This document shows, one piece after another, positions 10,448 to 20,330 of a DNA stretch of 53,647 nucleotides. The first letter of the stretch is position 1, and the number at the start of each line of letters is the position of its first letter. The stretch comes from Verrucomicrobiales bacterium (GTDB lineage: Bacteria; Verrucomicrobiota; Verrucomicrobiia; Verrucomicrobiales; V1-33), in the NCBI GenBank assembly GCA_031411295.1, contig JANOAV010000156.1, positions 1 through 53,647 of the forward strand. The letters run 5' to 3'. Position numbers and translations under genes: made by a program. A model generated the notes under the pieces. That model had not been told where the DNA came from. It made no database searches and saw only the letters and a program-made list of their open reading frames with translations.

Positions 10448-10519
10448 ATGTAAAACGCCCAGCGCAGATGCGGAAGGCTGGCCATTTGCTTTGTGGGGGC
10501 AGGCAATTCAAATAGGAGC

Positions 10520-13123
10520 ATGATTCGCCTGCCCCAAATTTTTGCTTTAACTACTTTGTTAAGTTCCGCTGCCCCACTGTTGGCACGGGACGGGCCTACG
10601 CTCTCGGAGACCGCCAAGCCCAAGCCCGGCGTGCCGGAAGGCAAGGTGGAAACGTTGCGCTGGACGGAATCGAAGATTTTCCCGAATACCGAACGCGAGG
10701 GAGCGCTCTACATTCCGGCGCAATACCAAGCTGGCCAACCCGCTAACTTCGTGGTGTTTCTCGATGGCGGCAACTATCTGAAGAAGGATGGTGGAGCCCG
10801 CGCCACCATCGTGTTAGATAATCTGATTGCCGCCAAGGAAATTCCGGTCACCGCAGCTCTTTTCATCAGTCCGGGGACCATCCCGGCCTTGCTGCCAGGA
10901 GCCAAGGCGCGGAGCACGCGCAGTTTCGAATATGATACCCCCAGTGGCGATTTTGTGCGCTATCTGGCGGAGGAAGTGCTGCCGGGAATTCGGCAAAAGG
11001 TGAACCTTCGCCAAGATCCGGCGGGTTGGGCCATCTGCGGCATCAGCAGTAGCGGCATCGCAGCGTTTGCGGCCGCATGGGAGCGTCCGGAACTGTTTGG
11101 CAACGTTATTACGGGGATCGGCAGCTTCACCAACATTCGGGGCGGATATAATTACCCTGCACTGATCCGCGCCAGCCAGAAAGCCCCCAAGCCGATTCGC
11201 GTTTGGATGCAGGAGGGCGAGCAAGATCTGGATAACCTTCATGGCAACTGGCCGCTGTCCAATCAGGATCTGGACATCGCCCTAACTTGGGCAGGCTACG
11301 AGCATCATTTTGCCTTCACAGGCGGCGGTCACAATGGTGGCATCAGTGGGGCGCTGCTTCCGGAAGCGCTGAAATGGACCTTCCAAGCCCCGATCAAGAC
11401 GGAGCCCAAGGAATCACCAAAATTTGAAAGCAAGCCTGCCCGGCATCCAGACGCCGAGCCCAAAGCTGGAGTGCCGGAAGGTAAATTGGTGGAAATGCCA
11501 GTGTGGAAAAGCGCCATCTTCCCGAACACGGAACGGAACTGGTCCGTCTATGTGCCCGCGCAATACAAAAACGACGGCACGGCTGGCCTGATGATCTTCC
11601 AGGATGGTCATGACTATCAAAATCGCAAGGGAGCTTGGGGCGCGCCCACAGTGTTGGATAATTTGATAGCCGCAGGAGAAATTCCACCTCTGGTGGCGGT
11701 GTTCATCAACCCTGGTCACGATCCCGCCAAGCCGCGGAAGAACCCTTGGAGCAGCAGCAATCGGAGCGATGAATATGATGGCCTGGGTGACCGTTATGCA
11801 CGATTTTTGCTGGAGGAAATTTTACCTGAAGTAGAGAAACAATGGCCGGTTAGCAAGGACCCTGAGATGCGCGGACTGTGCGGGGCCAGCAGCGGCGGCA
11901 TCTGTGCCTTCACCGCAGCGTGGGAACGACCAGATCAATTTCGTCGCGTGCTCAGCACCATCGGCAGTTTCGTCAATCTGCGGGGCGGCAACGTTTACCC
12001 ATCCCTGATCCGCAAGACCGAAGCCAAGCCGCTGCGGGTCTTCCTCCAGGATTCCACGGGAGATCTCGACAACCCATTCGGTCACTGGCCAACAGCTAAC
12101 AAGCAAATGCACTCGGCCCTGGCTTACATGGGTTACGATGTGAAATTCGATTTCGAAGAGGGCTTCGGTCACAACAGTCACCGCGGCGGGGCCATTTTAC
12201 CGGATGCCATGCGTTGGCTCTGGCGCAAAGCACCCAGCACCCCGCCCCCCGGCAAAGTGAAGGATGATTTGGCGGGCGATCTGACGCTGAACAAGCTCCT
12301 CATTCCGGGCGAAGGATGGCAGACGCTGGCGGAAGGACTTGGCTTTGCGGATGGGCTTTCGGGCGATACACAGGGCAATCTTTACTTCAATGATCTCAAG
12401 GCTGGCGGCTACTGGAAACTGACGGTTGATGGCACTAAGACCAAGCTTAGTGACGACAACGGCAGCGGTGCCAAACTGGCCCCGGACGGACGCATCGTTT
12501 TCTGTCAGGGGAAGAAAAAGCAGATTGCAGCGATGGATTTGAAAACGGGCACGACAGAAGTCCTAGCGGAAAATGTGGCTCCGAACGACCTTGTCGTAAC
12601 CGCCCAAGGCTGGGCATTTTTCACCGATACCGGCAAGGGCGAGGTCGTCTTTGTGGATGTCAAAACCAAAACCACGCGCACGGCCGCTTCTGGTATCACT
12701 GCCCCGAACGGTATCGCCCTTTCCCCTGATGGTGGCACCTTGGCAGTCAGTGAATATAAGGGTGGCAACGTCTGGGCCTTCCGGATTCGGGCAGATGGCA
12801 CGCTGGATGCAGGGTTGCGCTACATGACGCTAAGACGCCCCATCGATAACAAGGGCACCTTTCCCTTCAACGCACCACCACCGTATGTCGCGGCCTCAGG
12901 AGGCGATGGCATGTGCACGGATGCCGAAGGTCGTTACTATGTGACCAGCGCGCTGGGCGTGCAAATCTTCGATCCCACAGGTCGGGAATGCGGACTGCTC
13001 CCTAACCCTGCTCCTGGCAAGCAAATCGTGAGTGTGGCTTTCGCAGGTCCTGAGCAGCATTGGCTTTGCTTGGCTGCGGGTGACCGCATTCTGCGGCGGA
13101 AGGTGCTGGGGAAAGGGTGGTAG
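10520..13123 (+). CDS. Secreted fusion of two enterochelin-esterase-like alpha/beta hydrolase domains and an SMP-30/gluconolactonase beta-propeller
   Basis: Start at ATG 10520 gives a signal peptide. Duplicated PGVPEGK...SxIFPNTER modules with GISSSG and GASSGG motifs; C-terminal FADGL, APNGIALSPDG, GDGMCTDAEGRYYVT. Confidence 0.85.
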   Translation: MIRLPQIFALTTLLSSAAPLLARDGPTLSETAKPKPGVPEGKVETLRWTESKIFPNTEREGALYIPAQYQAGQPANFVVFLDGGNYLKKDGGARATIVLDNLIAAKEIPVTAALFISPGTIPALLPGAKARSTRSFEYDTPSGDFVRYLAEEVLPGIRQKVNLRQDPAGWAICGISSSGIAAFAAAWERPELFGNVITGIGSFTNIRGGYNYPALIRASQKAPKPIRVWMQEGEQDLDNLHGNWPLSNQDLDIALTWAGYEHHFAFTGGGHNGGISGALLPEALKWTFQAPIKTEPKESPKFESKPARHPDAEPKAGVPEGKLVEMPVWKSAIFPNTERNWSVYVPAQYKNDGTAGLMIFQDGHDYQNRKGAWGAPTVLDNLIAAGEIPPLVAVFINPGHDPAKPRKNPWSSSNRSDEYDGLGDRYARFLLEEILPEVEKQWPVSKDPEMRGLCGASSGGICAFTAAWERPDQFRRVLSTIGSFVNLRGGNVYPSLIRKTEAKPLRVFLQDSTGDLDNPFGHWPTANKQMHSALAYMGYDVKFDFEEGFGHNSHRGGAILPDAMRWLWRKAPSTPPPGKVKDDLAGDLTLNKLLIPGEGWQTLAEGLGFADGLSGDTQGNLYFNDLKAGGYWKLTVDGTKTKLSDDNGSGAKLAPDGRIVFCQGKKKQIAAMDLKTGTTEVLAENVAPNDLVVTAQGWAFFTDTGKGEVVFVDVKTKTTRTAASGITAPNGIALSPDGGTLAVSEYKGGNVWAFRIRADGTLDAGLRYMTLRRPIDNKGTFPFNAPPPYVAASGGDGMCTDAEGRYYVTSALGVQIFDPTGRECGLLPNPAPGKQIVSVAFAGPEQHWLCLAAGDRILRRKVLGKGW

Positions 13124-13128
13124 GATAA

Positions 13129-13153
13129 CCGCAGTCCCGCGGACTGCTGCCAC
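13129..13153 (-). repeat. Single REP-like palindrome (GTGG-type) between convergent genes
   Basis: Minus strand GTGG-CA-GCAGTCC-GCG-GGACTGC-GG, 25 nt; same tetranucleotide-plus-hairpin layout as the arms at 53581-53647. Confidence 0.55.
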
Positions 13154-13159
13154 ATTCGT

Positions 13160-14035
13160 TTAGACCAGGACAGTGAGGGGGCGCTCGGCCTGCTTGATGA
13201 GCAGAGGCATGGTCGAGGTGATTAACTCGCCATCCGCTTCCACCGGGATATCCACCTCGGATTCGATCCGCAGTTCCTTGGTCTGGAAATATTCCAGGTC
13301 TTTGCTCCGTCGATCATAGCCGGAAAGGAGCAAGGAAAGCAACGCAGCGAAGACCTTGCCGTAGCTGTGGCGGCGGAGCACGACGACGTCCAGTAACCCA
13401 TCCTGATTGTCTGCTTGGGGGAAGACTTTGAGCGGGCCACCGTAGCGTTTGCCATTTCCCACTAACACCACGGAACCCTGCATGGGCTGCCGACCAGTGG
13501 CGAAAATGTTCATTTGGGGGGCCGTCTTGCCAATACACTGCGCGGCGGAAATCACGTAGCTGAGGGGGCCGAGCGCCTTTTTCCGCTCCCAAGTGGTTTC
13601 CTTGATGATCTCCGCATCCAATCCCACGCCCGCCAGTTGCACAAACGCATGTCCGTTGACATCCCAGAGGTCGATGGTCCGACGCTGGTTCCGCAGGATC
13701 ACCTCCCAGCAATCCACCAGACTGCCGGCGGGCAAGCCTAACTCAACCGAGAAAACATTCATCGTGCCGGAAGGCAGGAGCCCCAACGCCGCCTGATGGT
13801 CCGGTCCCGCATCGCGCAGACCATTCACGACCTCGTTGATGGTGCCGTCGCCCCCGGCGGCCACAACCACCGAAGCCCCGGCCAAGGCCAGTTCCCGGGC
13901 GATTTTACGGGCATCTCCCGGCCCCGAGGTGGGGCATAATCTGATGCGAGGCGAGAGTTCCTGGATCGCCTCGAGTCGTCCGGAAGCTTTGGCGCTGCGG
14001 GCGGCGGGGTTGAGGATGACCGGGATTTCTTCCAC
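13160..14035 (-). CDS. Diacylglycerol kinase family lipid kinase (YegS/DgkB-like)
   Basis: ILNPAA, AAGGDGTINEVVNG, LPSGTMN, GNGKRYGG, DGLLDV, EADGE motifs. Confidence 0.92.
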   Translation of the reverse strand: MEEIPVILNPAARSAKASGRLEAIQELSPRIRLCPTSGPGDARKIARELALAGASVVVAAGGDGTINEVVNGLRDAGPDHQAALGLLPSGTMNVFSVELGLPAGSLVDCWEVILRNQRRTIDLWDVNGHAFVQLAGVGLDAEIIKETTWERKKALGPLSYVISAAQCIGKTAPQMNIFATGRQPMQGSVVLVGNGKRYGGPLKVFPQADNQDGLLDVVVLRRHSYGKVFAALLSLLLSGYDRRSKDLEYFQTKELRIESEVDIPVEADGELITSTMPLLIKQAERPLTVLV

Positions 14036-14048
14036 TATTTATATTTTG

Positions 14049-14681
14049 TTAGTATGCTTCTGCTTTAAGGCAGTTATCGACCACGAAGGCTCCCAGAAAA
14101 TCATCGAACAATTCCTCATAGTAGTCCCCAATCTCCCCGTGGTAACTGGTCCGGGAGCAGGTTAGAGTGATGTAGGATCCCGGCTTGCGAGGATGCAGAA
14201 AAACGGCTCCCAGTGTGCGCACCATAAACGGCCCGGCCATGCTCCGCCCGTGCGCGGCCAGTGCCTGTCGCACTGCGGCATTCTCCCCCCCGGTATCTTC
14301 CACCACCCGCTCATAACGAATGCAGGGCTCACCCAGCACTTCGTGCCGACGCTTCTTGGCGAACTTGATGCCACTGGAAATAATCACCTCCACATCATCC
14401 AATGATTTCACCGCCGCGCCTGCACTGGACTCTTCAGCAGACATGGAAATAACATCGTCCATCCCATCTTTGGCCTGCGCGAAGACCAGGCCATTCGGCA
14501 TCTTGATGGAAACCCATTTTTCCCTGACTTTGTTCGGATCCTGATCCGAACGCATCTTGGGGGGATTCAGTTTCAGCGGACCGATGTTTTTAACCTGTTT
14601 GGAGTCGATCGGAGTGGTGAGACACCCCACCAACGCCCCCATCAACAGGAGAGCCGCTCCGCAACGAACGATGGTTTTCAT
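14049..14681 (-). CDS. Hypothetical lipoprotein
   Basis: Start at ATG 14681 gives MKTIVRCGAALLLMGALVG-C, a lipobox-like signal. Confidence 0.6.
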   Translation of the reverse strand: MKTIVRCGAALLLMGALVGCLTTPIDSKQVKNIGPLKLNPPKMRSDQDPNKVREKWVSIKMPNGLVFAQAKDGMDDVISMSAEESSAGAAVKSLDDVEVIISSGIKFAKKRRHEVLGEPCIRYERVVEDTGGENAAVRQALAAHGRSMAGPFMVRTLGAVFLHPRKPGSYITLTCSRTSYHGEIGDYYEELFDDFLGAFVVDNCLKAEAY

Positions 14682-14775
14682 TAAATTGTGCACCCAGATA
14701 ACTGGTCTCGGCTGGGGCTTAGTCAAGAGGTTTGGTGGATCGGCTGCCCGGCGGCGCAAGACGCAGCGGAAGGCG

Positions 14776-15543
14776 CTACAATTTCACGCTCGCGTCGAGT
14801 TCCAGAATCACAGGGCAGTGGTCGGAGCCGAGGACATCTGGCCTGAGGTGACAGGCCTTTAATTTAGGCTTCAACAAGGAGGAGACGCCCCAGTAATCCA
14901 ATCGCCAGCCCACATTCTTCGCCCGGGCATCGCCCCGGTATGTCCACCAGGTGTAGCGCCCGGGTGATTTATCGAACTCCCGGAAAGCATCCACAAAACC
15001 GGCCTCCAGCAAGGCCGTGAACCCAGCCCGCTCTTCATCGGTAAAGCCCGCATTCATCCGATTACTCCGCGGATTGGCCAGATCAATTTCCTGATGGGAA
15101 ACGTTGAGATCGCCACAAAACAAGACCGGCTTGCGTTGGGCCAGCGTCACCAAATGTTGCCGGAAGGCGGCATCCCAGCGTTGCCGATAGCTCAAGCGCA
15201 GCAGTTCGCGCTGACTGTTGGGCGTGTAAACATTAACGACGAAGTGATCGGCATACTCCACCGTTTGCACCCGCCCTTCCTGATCATGCTCCATGGCTCC
15301 AATGCCAATTTCCACGCTGATCGGCTTGATCTTGCTCAGCACCATGGTGCCACTGTAACCTTTCTTTTCGGCTGGATTGAAATGGATATCATAGTGCGGA
15401 AGGTGGCACAGATCGATCTGTTCCGGCAGCACTTTAGTCTCCTGGAGGCAAATCACATCCGGATCCACCTCCGCCACGAAGTCGGCAAATCCTTTGTCCA
15501 TACAAGCCCGCAGGCCATTCACATTCCAAGTCACAAGTTTCAT
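14776..15543 (-). CDS. xth: Exodeoxyribonuclease III (AP endonuclease)
   Basis: MKLVTWNVNGLRA, CLQETK, KGYSG, CGDLNVSH, YTWW, GWRLDY, GSDHCPV. Confidence 0.96.
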   Translation of the reverse strand: MKLVTWNVNGLRACMDKGFADFVAEVDPDVICLQETKVLPEQIDLCHLPHYDIHFNPAEKKGYSGTMVLSKIKPISVEIGIGAMEHDQEGRVQTVEYADHFVVNVYTPNSQRELLRLSYRQRWDAAFRQHLVTLAQRKPVLFCGDLNVSHQEIDLANPRSNRMNAGFTDEERAGFTALLEAGFVDAFREFDKSPGRYTWWTYRGDARAKNVGWRLDYWGVSSLLKPKLKACHLRPDVLGSDHCPVILELDASVKL

Positions 15544-15613
15544 AAGCCAGCATCCATGCCGGAAACAAAACACCCTGCAATGACGAACATTGCAGGGTGA
15601 AAATAAAATTTAA

Positions 15614-15687
<74 letters not shown>

Positions 15688-15791
15688 TGGTTGTGGTAGT
15701 GCATGAGATTTATTCCGCAAGAGAAATTGTGCTTTTCTTTCACTTTCCGCCCTGCTGGAGCGGCGTGAACAACGTGGAGGCGGCTCTCGGC

Positions 15792-15959
15792 ATTAACGAC
15801 GGACCGATTCACGCCAACTTGATGCGCAACCGCTGCTTGAGACAAGCCATCGCCACGCAAAACAATGATGCGAGAACGTCGGGCTAAACGCTGAGGGCTG
15901 GGGGGGCGGATCCTGATACGCTGAAGTTCTGCCCGCAGCTGGTGGAGACTTCTGTCTAG
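15792..15959 (-). pseudogene. Remnant resembling the N-terminal HTH of an IS630-family transposase
   Basis: Manual translation LDRSLHQLRAELQRIRIRPPSPQRLARRSRIIVLRGDGLSQAAVAHQVGVNRSVVN, preceded by an in-frame TAG; no DDE domain follows. Confidence 0.6.
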
Positions 15960-15985
15960 CTATCTTGCACACGGCACGCGAGGAC

Positions 15986-17230
15986 CTATTTACCCGGTGC
16001 GGACTTCGCCTGTGGCAGCACGACTTTACCGAGATTGAAGATCGGGCTGTAAATCGCGTAAACGAGGAATCCAACCATACATCCGAGCACAACGATGGTG
16101 AACGGCTCGATGATCTTATCGATCTGATTGCCAATGGTATCGAGATCGTCTTCGTAGTCGTTGGCCACTTCATCGAGCATGTCCGTGGAAGAACCGGTCT
16201 CGGCGGAAATCTCCATCAAGCCCGCAATCGAGCGTCCTTCCTCACCCAACCGGTGGGATTCCAGCAGGAAGGATTCCGGCAGGGCCAGACCATCCTCGGT
16301 GTGTTTCTGCACCGCAGCAAAGAATTCTGTGTAAATCACGTTGGGTGCGGATTCTGCGGTAATGCGCAGGGCAGTGGAGACGCGGACATTGGCTTCCAGC
16401 AACATGGCCAAACAACGGAAACTAACCGCCGCCGCACTCTTACGCACAATGCGACCAATGGTGGGCAGTTTGATCAGCAGCCGCTGCACTTTGGGGACGC
16501 GCATGATCTTCCCCCAGTGCTTGAAGAGCATGAAGATGCCACCAAAAGGAAACACCAACACCCAAGGCTTATGAATTAACACATTGGACAGGCCCATCAT
16601 CAATTTGGTAGCCCACGGGAGTTCGGCCTTGAAGGTGCCGTAGAGCGCCGACACCGAAGGCACGAGAGTGTAACTCATGACAATGATGACCACCACCCCA
16701 ATGAAGAGGACGATGCCAGGGTAGATCATACCGCTCTTCAATTTCTTGATAATCCGCAGGGTCTTTTTCTGCCCAATCGCAATCCGATTACACACTTCAG
16801 GCAACTGACCGGCTTCTTCCCCGGCCCGCACCAGTGCCAGCATGGCGTCGCCAAATAGATCGGCATGCTTAGTCATGGCATCGGAGACCTTTTCCCCTTG
16901 GGCAATCTGAGCAGAGATATCCGCCACCACGCCACGATACCGTGGAGATTTGAGTCGATTAGCCTGAAGTTCGAAAGATTTGATCGTGGAAATATTTCTT
17001 TCTAAACAACGCGCCACCCCAGCAAATAGGGCCACCCGATCATCCATACCCGGCTTCGGCAGTGTCAGCCGGTGAATCGACTCGTCAATCCCATCAATGG
17101 ATACCACCTTGGCCAATTCATTGGGCGCTTTACCGGAACCAATCACGGCTTTGCTGTCCTCGTCGGTATCGACGATGACTTCGCAAGTGCGCTTGGTATT
17201 CATGTTGGTGAGGAGGACTTTCTTGAGCAT
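15986..17230 (-). CDS. pilC: Type IV pilus/T2SS inner-membrane platform protein (PilC/GspF family)
   Basis: I..GE.VSDAM..H..LF, LVRAGEEAGQL, KLKSGMIYP, second repeat MEISAETGS..MLDEVANDYE, IIEP, AIYSPIFNL. Confidence 0.9.
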   Translation of the reverse strand: MLKKVLLTNMNTKRTCEVIVDTDEDSKAVIGSGKAPNELAKVVSIDGIDESIHRLTLPKPGMDDRVALFAGVARCLERNISTIKSFELQANRLKSPRYRGVVADISAQIAQGEKVSDAMTKHADLFGDAMLALVRAGEEAGQLPEVCNRIAIGQKKTLRIIKKLKSGMIYPGIVLFIGVVVIIVMSYTLVPSVSALYGTFKAELPWATKLMMGLSNVLIHKPWVLVFPFGGIFMLFKHWGKIMRVPKVQRLLIKLPTIGRIVRKSAAAVSFRCLAMLLEANVRVSTALRITAESAPNVIYTEFFAAVQKHTEDGLALPESFLLESHRLGEEGRSIAGLMEISAETGSSTDMLDEVANDYEDDLDTIGNQIDKIIEPFTIVVLGCMVGFLVYAIYSPIFNLGKVVLPQAKSAPGK

Positions 17231-17284
17231 AACAGCAAAATTTGAAGGTAAGAAAACTAGAAATAACCGGAAGGAGACGAGGGA

Positions 17285-17767
17285 TCAGGGCGTGGCGCGG
17301 AAGACCACGAGGTCAACGACCCGCGTCGCCCGGGCCTGGTTGGAATCCGCACGGCGGCCGCCACTGGTCCAACCGCGAGCAGCGGTCGGCAGAATGGAAT
17401 CATCCGGCGTGGTCTTGATGGTGGCGGTTATGGTCTGGGCCGGCACCACCCCAAGCCCAGCGAGCGTGGCATTACTGGCGGTAAAGCTGAGCGTAAGATC
17501 GTTGCTGCCGGGCAGCAGTCCATTGGATCCGGTAATCTCCGCGGCATTCAGGCCCAACTGATACATCCGAGCGGCATTTTCCTGAAGGTTTAAATTGCGC
17601 GCCATCCGATGCAGCATTTCCTCCTGAGTGACCATGGTTAGGCTCATGATGCAGGCGGCTCCGATGCCGAGTGCCAAAATGCCCCCAGCCACCAGGACTT
17701 CGACCAGAGAGTAGCCTCGAGTGCCTCGCGCGGAACGTTGGAGGGTGGAAAATTTAGAGAGATCCAT
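17285..17767 (-). CDS. Type IV minor pilin, PilV/GspI-like
   Basis: Class III signal RGTRG|YSLVEVLVAGGILALGIGAACIM with Glu at +5. Confidence 0.8.
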   Translation of the reverse strand: MDLSKFSTLQRSARGTRGYSLVEVLVAGGILALGIGAACIMSLTMVTQEEMLHRMARNLNLQENAARMYQLGLNAAEITGSNGLLPGSNDLTLSFTASNATLAGLGVVPAQTITATIKTTPDDSILPTAARGWTSGGRRADSNQARATRVVDLVVFRATP

Positions 17768-19247
17768 TGGCGAAATCGAGGTAGGTTTCCATCCACGCTC
17801 GGCGGGGCACGAGCTGGATGAGGTGGGTATGATCCGTCTCTGGCACTAAGGCCACCGAGTTTCCAGCACCGCTGGTGGCTTGAATGGATCCGTCCGTCAT
17901 GATTCCGCCGATCATGGTGATCCGCCCGTTTCCTCCGTCCGCTGCGAAGGCCAGCGGGGTATTCTCCATGACCAGCATCATGCGCCATAGTGGGGCCACA
18001 CCGGAGTCCGCGAAGCTCATGGTGACAGGCGAGCCGGGAACTTGCGAACCTGTAGCGGGCGGCACTTTTTTGATCCCCATGACGATGGGCCGCAGGTTGG
18101 TGGCACCGTTATAGGTTACTTTTGTCAGGGTGCGCGTGGTGGTGGCGGTTTCAACATAGCAGATCCTCACACTGGCCTGGGTGTCTATGTTGGTGGATTG
18201 TCCATTGAGGATGATTTCGGAAATATTGTTATTCGCAATCAGCCCCCAGAGAGTAGAATCTGTTAAATCCAAGGTCAACACTCCCGTGGACGCCACGAAC
18301 CCAATCCCTTGGGAGAAGACCCGATCCTGCGTAGTATCCAGTGTCACATAGACCAAACCATTGAGGATTCGATTCCGCAGGGAATTGGCGGGATTGTCAG
18401 GGGAATCAATCACGTTGAGCCGATTCTCGGTATCAAGATTGTTCCCCGCGCCAACGGACCCCATCGTCGTGAGGGTGCTGGGAAAATTACTGGGCATCAC
18501 GTAATTGTTCGTGGTGGGATCCCGAAAGACCATGGGATTAGAGTTTGGCACCGCATAGACCGGAGTGGAGATGGCGGAGGTGCGCAGGCCAGAGAAATTG
18601 TCCAGGGCTGCTGGAGAGAGGATCACCGAGCGGGCACCCACCACATCTAGGTTGCCCGTAATCACTTGATTTGTTAGAGGGGAATCAAGCGCTAGCGTCG
18701 GCTTGTAGATATTCAGCACATCTCCACTCAAGAGCGGGACCCGACTGCGGGCCGAGGCCACGACGGTCGTGGTGCCATTGGCGCGCCAACTCGGACTTGG
18801 GTAGTAATCCATCACCGAATACGGCACCGTGAAGGCCAGGTCCGGCTCGTAGGCAAAGCTGATACCAGCGTGCGAGAAATGATTGACCTTGCCTGGGCGG
18901 ATACTTTCCAGCGCATACCCTGACCAAGCTGCGGTGGTCAGACCACCATAAATTTGCAGCGTGGTGGCATCTTCCATTTTAGCATCCATGGCGGCTCCGC
19001 CATTTTTGGTGAGGAGCGAGTTATAACCCAACTGGAGAGCCGACTGGCGACCATTCTCCACGCTGAGGCGACGCGTCATCCCCCCCACGGTTTCTTCAAT
19101 ACTCTGCCGACGCTGCGCGATGAGGTTAGCCCATGCCGTGAAGCCAAAAGTGGCGGCGGCGGTCAGCAAGAGCGCCACAATGAGGACGCCACCGGCGGTG
19201 CGGCGGGCGAGCCTTCTGGAGCTAAGATAAGGGCGGTGGCAATACAT
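17754..19247 (-). CDS. Large minor pilin, PilX/GspK-like
   Basis: RRTAG|GVLIVALLLTAAATFGFTAW pilin-like N-terminus lacking E5; large beta-rich C-terminal body. Confidence 0.65.
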   Translation of the reverse strand: MYCHRPYLSSRRLARRTAGGVLIVALLLTAAATFGFTAWANLIAQRRQSIEETVGGMTRRLSVENGRQSALQLGYNSLLTKNGGAAMDAKMEDATTLQIYGGLTTAAWSGYALESIRPGKVNHFSHAGISFAYEPDLAFTVPYSVMDYYPSPSWRANGTTTVVASARSRVPLLSGDVLNIYKPTLALDSPLTNQVITGNLDVVGARSVILSPAALDNFSGLRTSAISTPVYAVPNSNPMVFRDPTTNNYVMPSNFPSTLTTMGSVGAGNNLDTENRLNVIDSPDNPANSLRNRILNGLVYVTLDTTQDRVFSQGIGFVASTGVLTLDLTDSTLWGLIANNNISEIILNGQSTNIDTQASVRICYVETATTTRTLTKVTYNGATNLRPIVMGIKKVPPATGSQVPGSPVTMSFADSGVAPLWRMMLVMENTPLAFAADGGNGRITMIGGIMTDGSIQATSGAGNSVALVPETDHTHLIQLVPRRAWMETYLDFANGSL

Positions 19248-19268
19248 GGATCAGAGAAATGAAAAATT

Positions 19269-20312
19269 TTAGAGCGGAGGGAACATGGGCACGGTGAAGA
19301 GCCATGAGGTCTGATTCTCGTGCTTGGAATAGTAACTGCGAGCATCCGCCGCAGGGTAAGCCGTGGTCGTCGGCACCCCGGCTAGACGAGGCGTGGCGGG
19401 GTCCGGCCACCAGATAAAATAAAAGGGCCGATCCCCGGCCCGCTTGAAGGCATTGGCCTGGGCCGCACCTCCACCAGACTCAGGATAAGCCCGCCGCACA
19501 GAGCGTTCAAAGCAGGCGAAGGTGGGACCAAAGTTGGGAGGAGTTTGATCCGCCCCAGGTCCGGAGAACAACACATCGTAAAAATGAGTCAGGGTATTCC
19601 CCACAAAGCGTTTCACACTGGCGTAAGTGCTCTGGGCGGGATCCGCTACATCCAGAAAATCGATATCATAAACTGCGCGCACCGTGAGCGCATTCTCGGT
19701 ATTGCTCATCTGCATGATGTAAACGGAGCCATTCACATCATTGGTTGCGGGCACGCCGCGGTAATCATTGGTGAAGGGGAATGGATTGGCCGCCGAGTCC
19801 ACAGGCGAGGCCGCTAGCAGCATTTGCCGGAAGGCATTTGGGTGATCAATGCTGGTGCCCACGAAGGGTGGCGCGCCGCTGGCAGGAGTGACATCAAGGG
19901 TGAGGGGATGGAGGTAGTTTACCCCTCGCACTTTGTCGGCCACATCCGAGGTGATGGACACCGTAATGCGAGGCCGCGGCAGACAATAGACAGCGCTGGC
20001 GTGAGCCACGTCGTTCCAGAATTCATTGCGCATGATTTCAGCACGCGCCGTCATGCCATAATTCGGCGTGGTGTAAACATCAAGTTTACCCGTGGGGTTG
20101 TTGAAGAAGGCCTTGGAAATCGCGGGCCCCACGCTCACTTCCTGATAGGCCGTGCTGCGCTTCTGGTGCACCGTGATAGTCCGAAAGGCCAGGGCGGCAG
20201 TGGAGAACACAACCGCCGCCAAGCCCGCCACGACCACAAGTTCGGTCAGCGAAAATCCGCACTGACGGAAACGCTGACTTGAACTGGGAACTGGGTGGGC
20301 GGCAAGCTTCAT
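19269..20312 (-). CDS. Type IV minor pilin, PilW/GspJ-like
   Basis: Class III signal RQCG|FSLTELVVVAGLAAVVFS with Glu at +5. Confidence 0.8.
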   Translation of the reverse strand: MKLAAHPVPSSSQRFRQCGFSLTELVVVAGLAAVVFSTAALAFRTITVHQKRSTAYQEVSVGPAISKAFFNNPTGKLDVYTTPNYGMTARAEIMRNEFWNDVAHASAVYCLPRPRITVSITSDVADKVRGVNYLHPLTLDVTPASGAPPFVGTSIDHPNAFRQMLLAASPVDSAANPFPFTNDYRGVPATNDVNGSVYIMQMSNTENALTVRAVYDIDFLDVADPAQSTYASVKRFVGNTLTHFYDVLFSGPGADQTPPNFGPTFACFERSVRRAYPESGGGAAQANAFKRAGDRPFYFIWWPDPATPRLAGVPTTTAYPAADARSYYSKHENQTSWLFTVPMFPPL

Positions 20313-20330
20313 GGGGGCGGCTTTGGTGGG

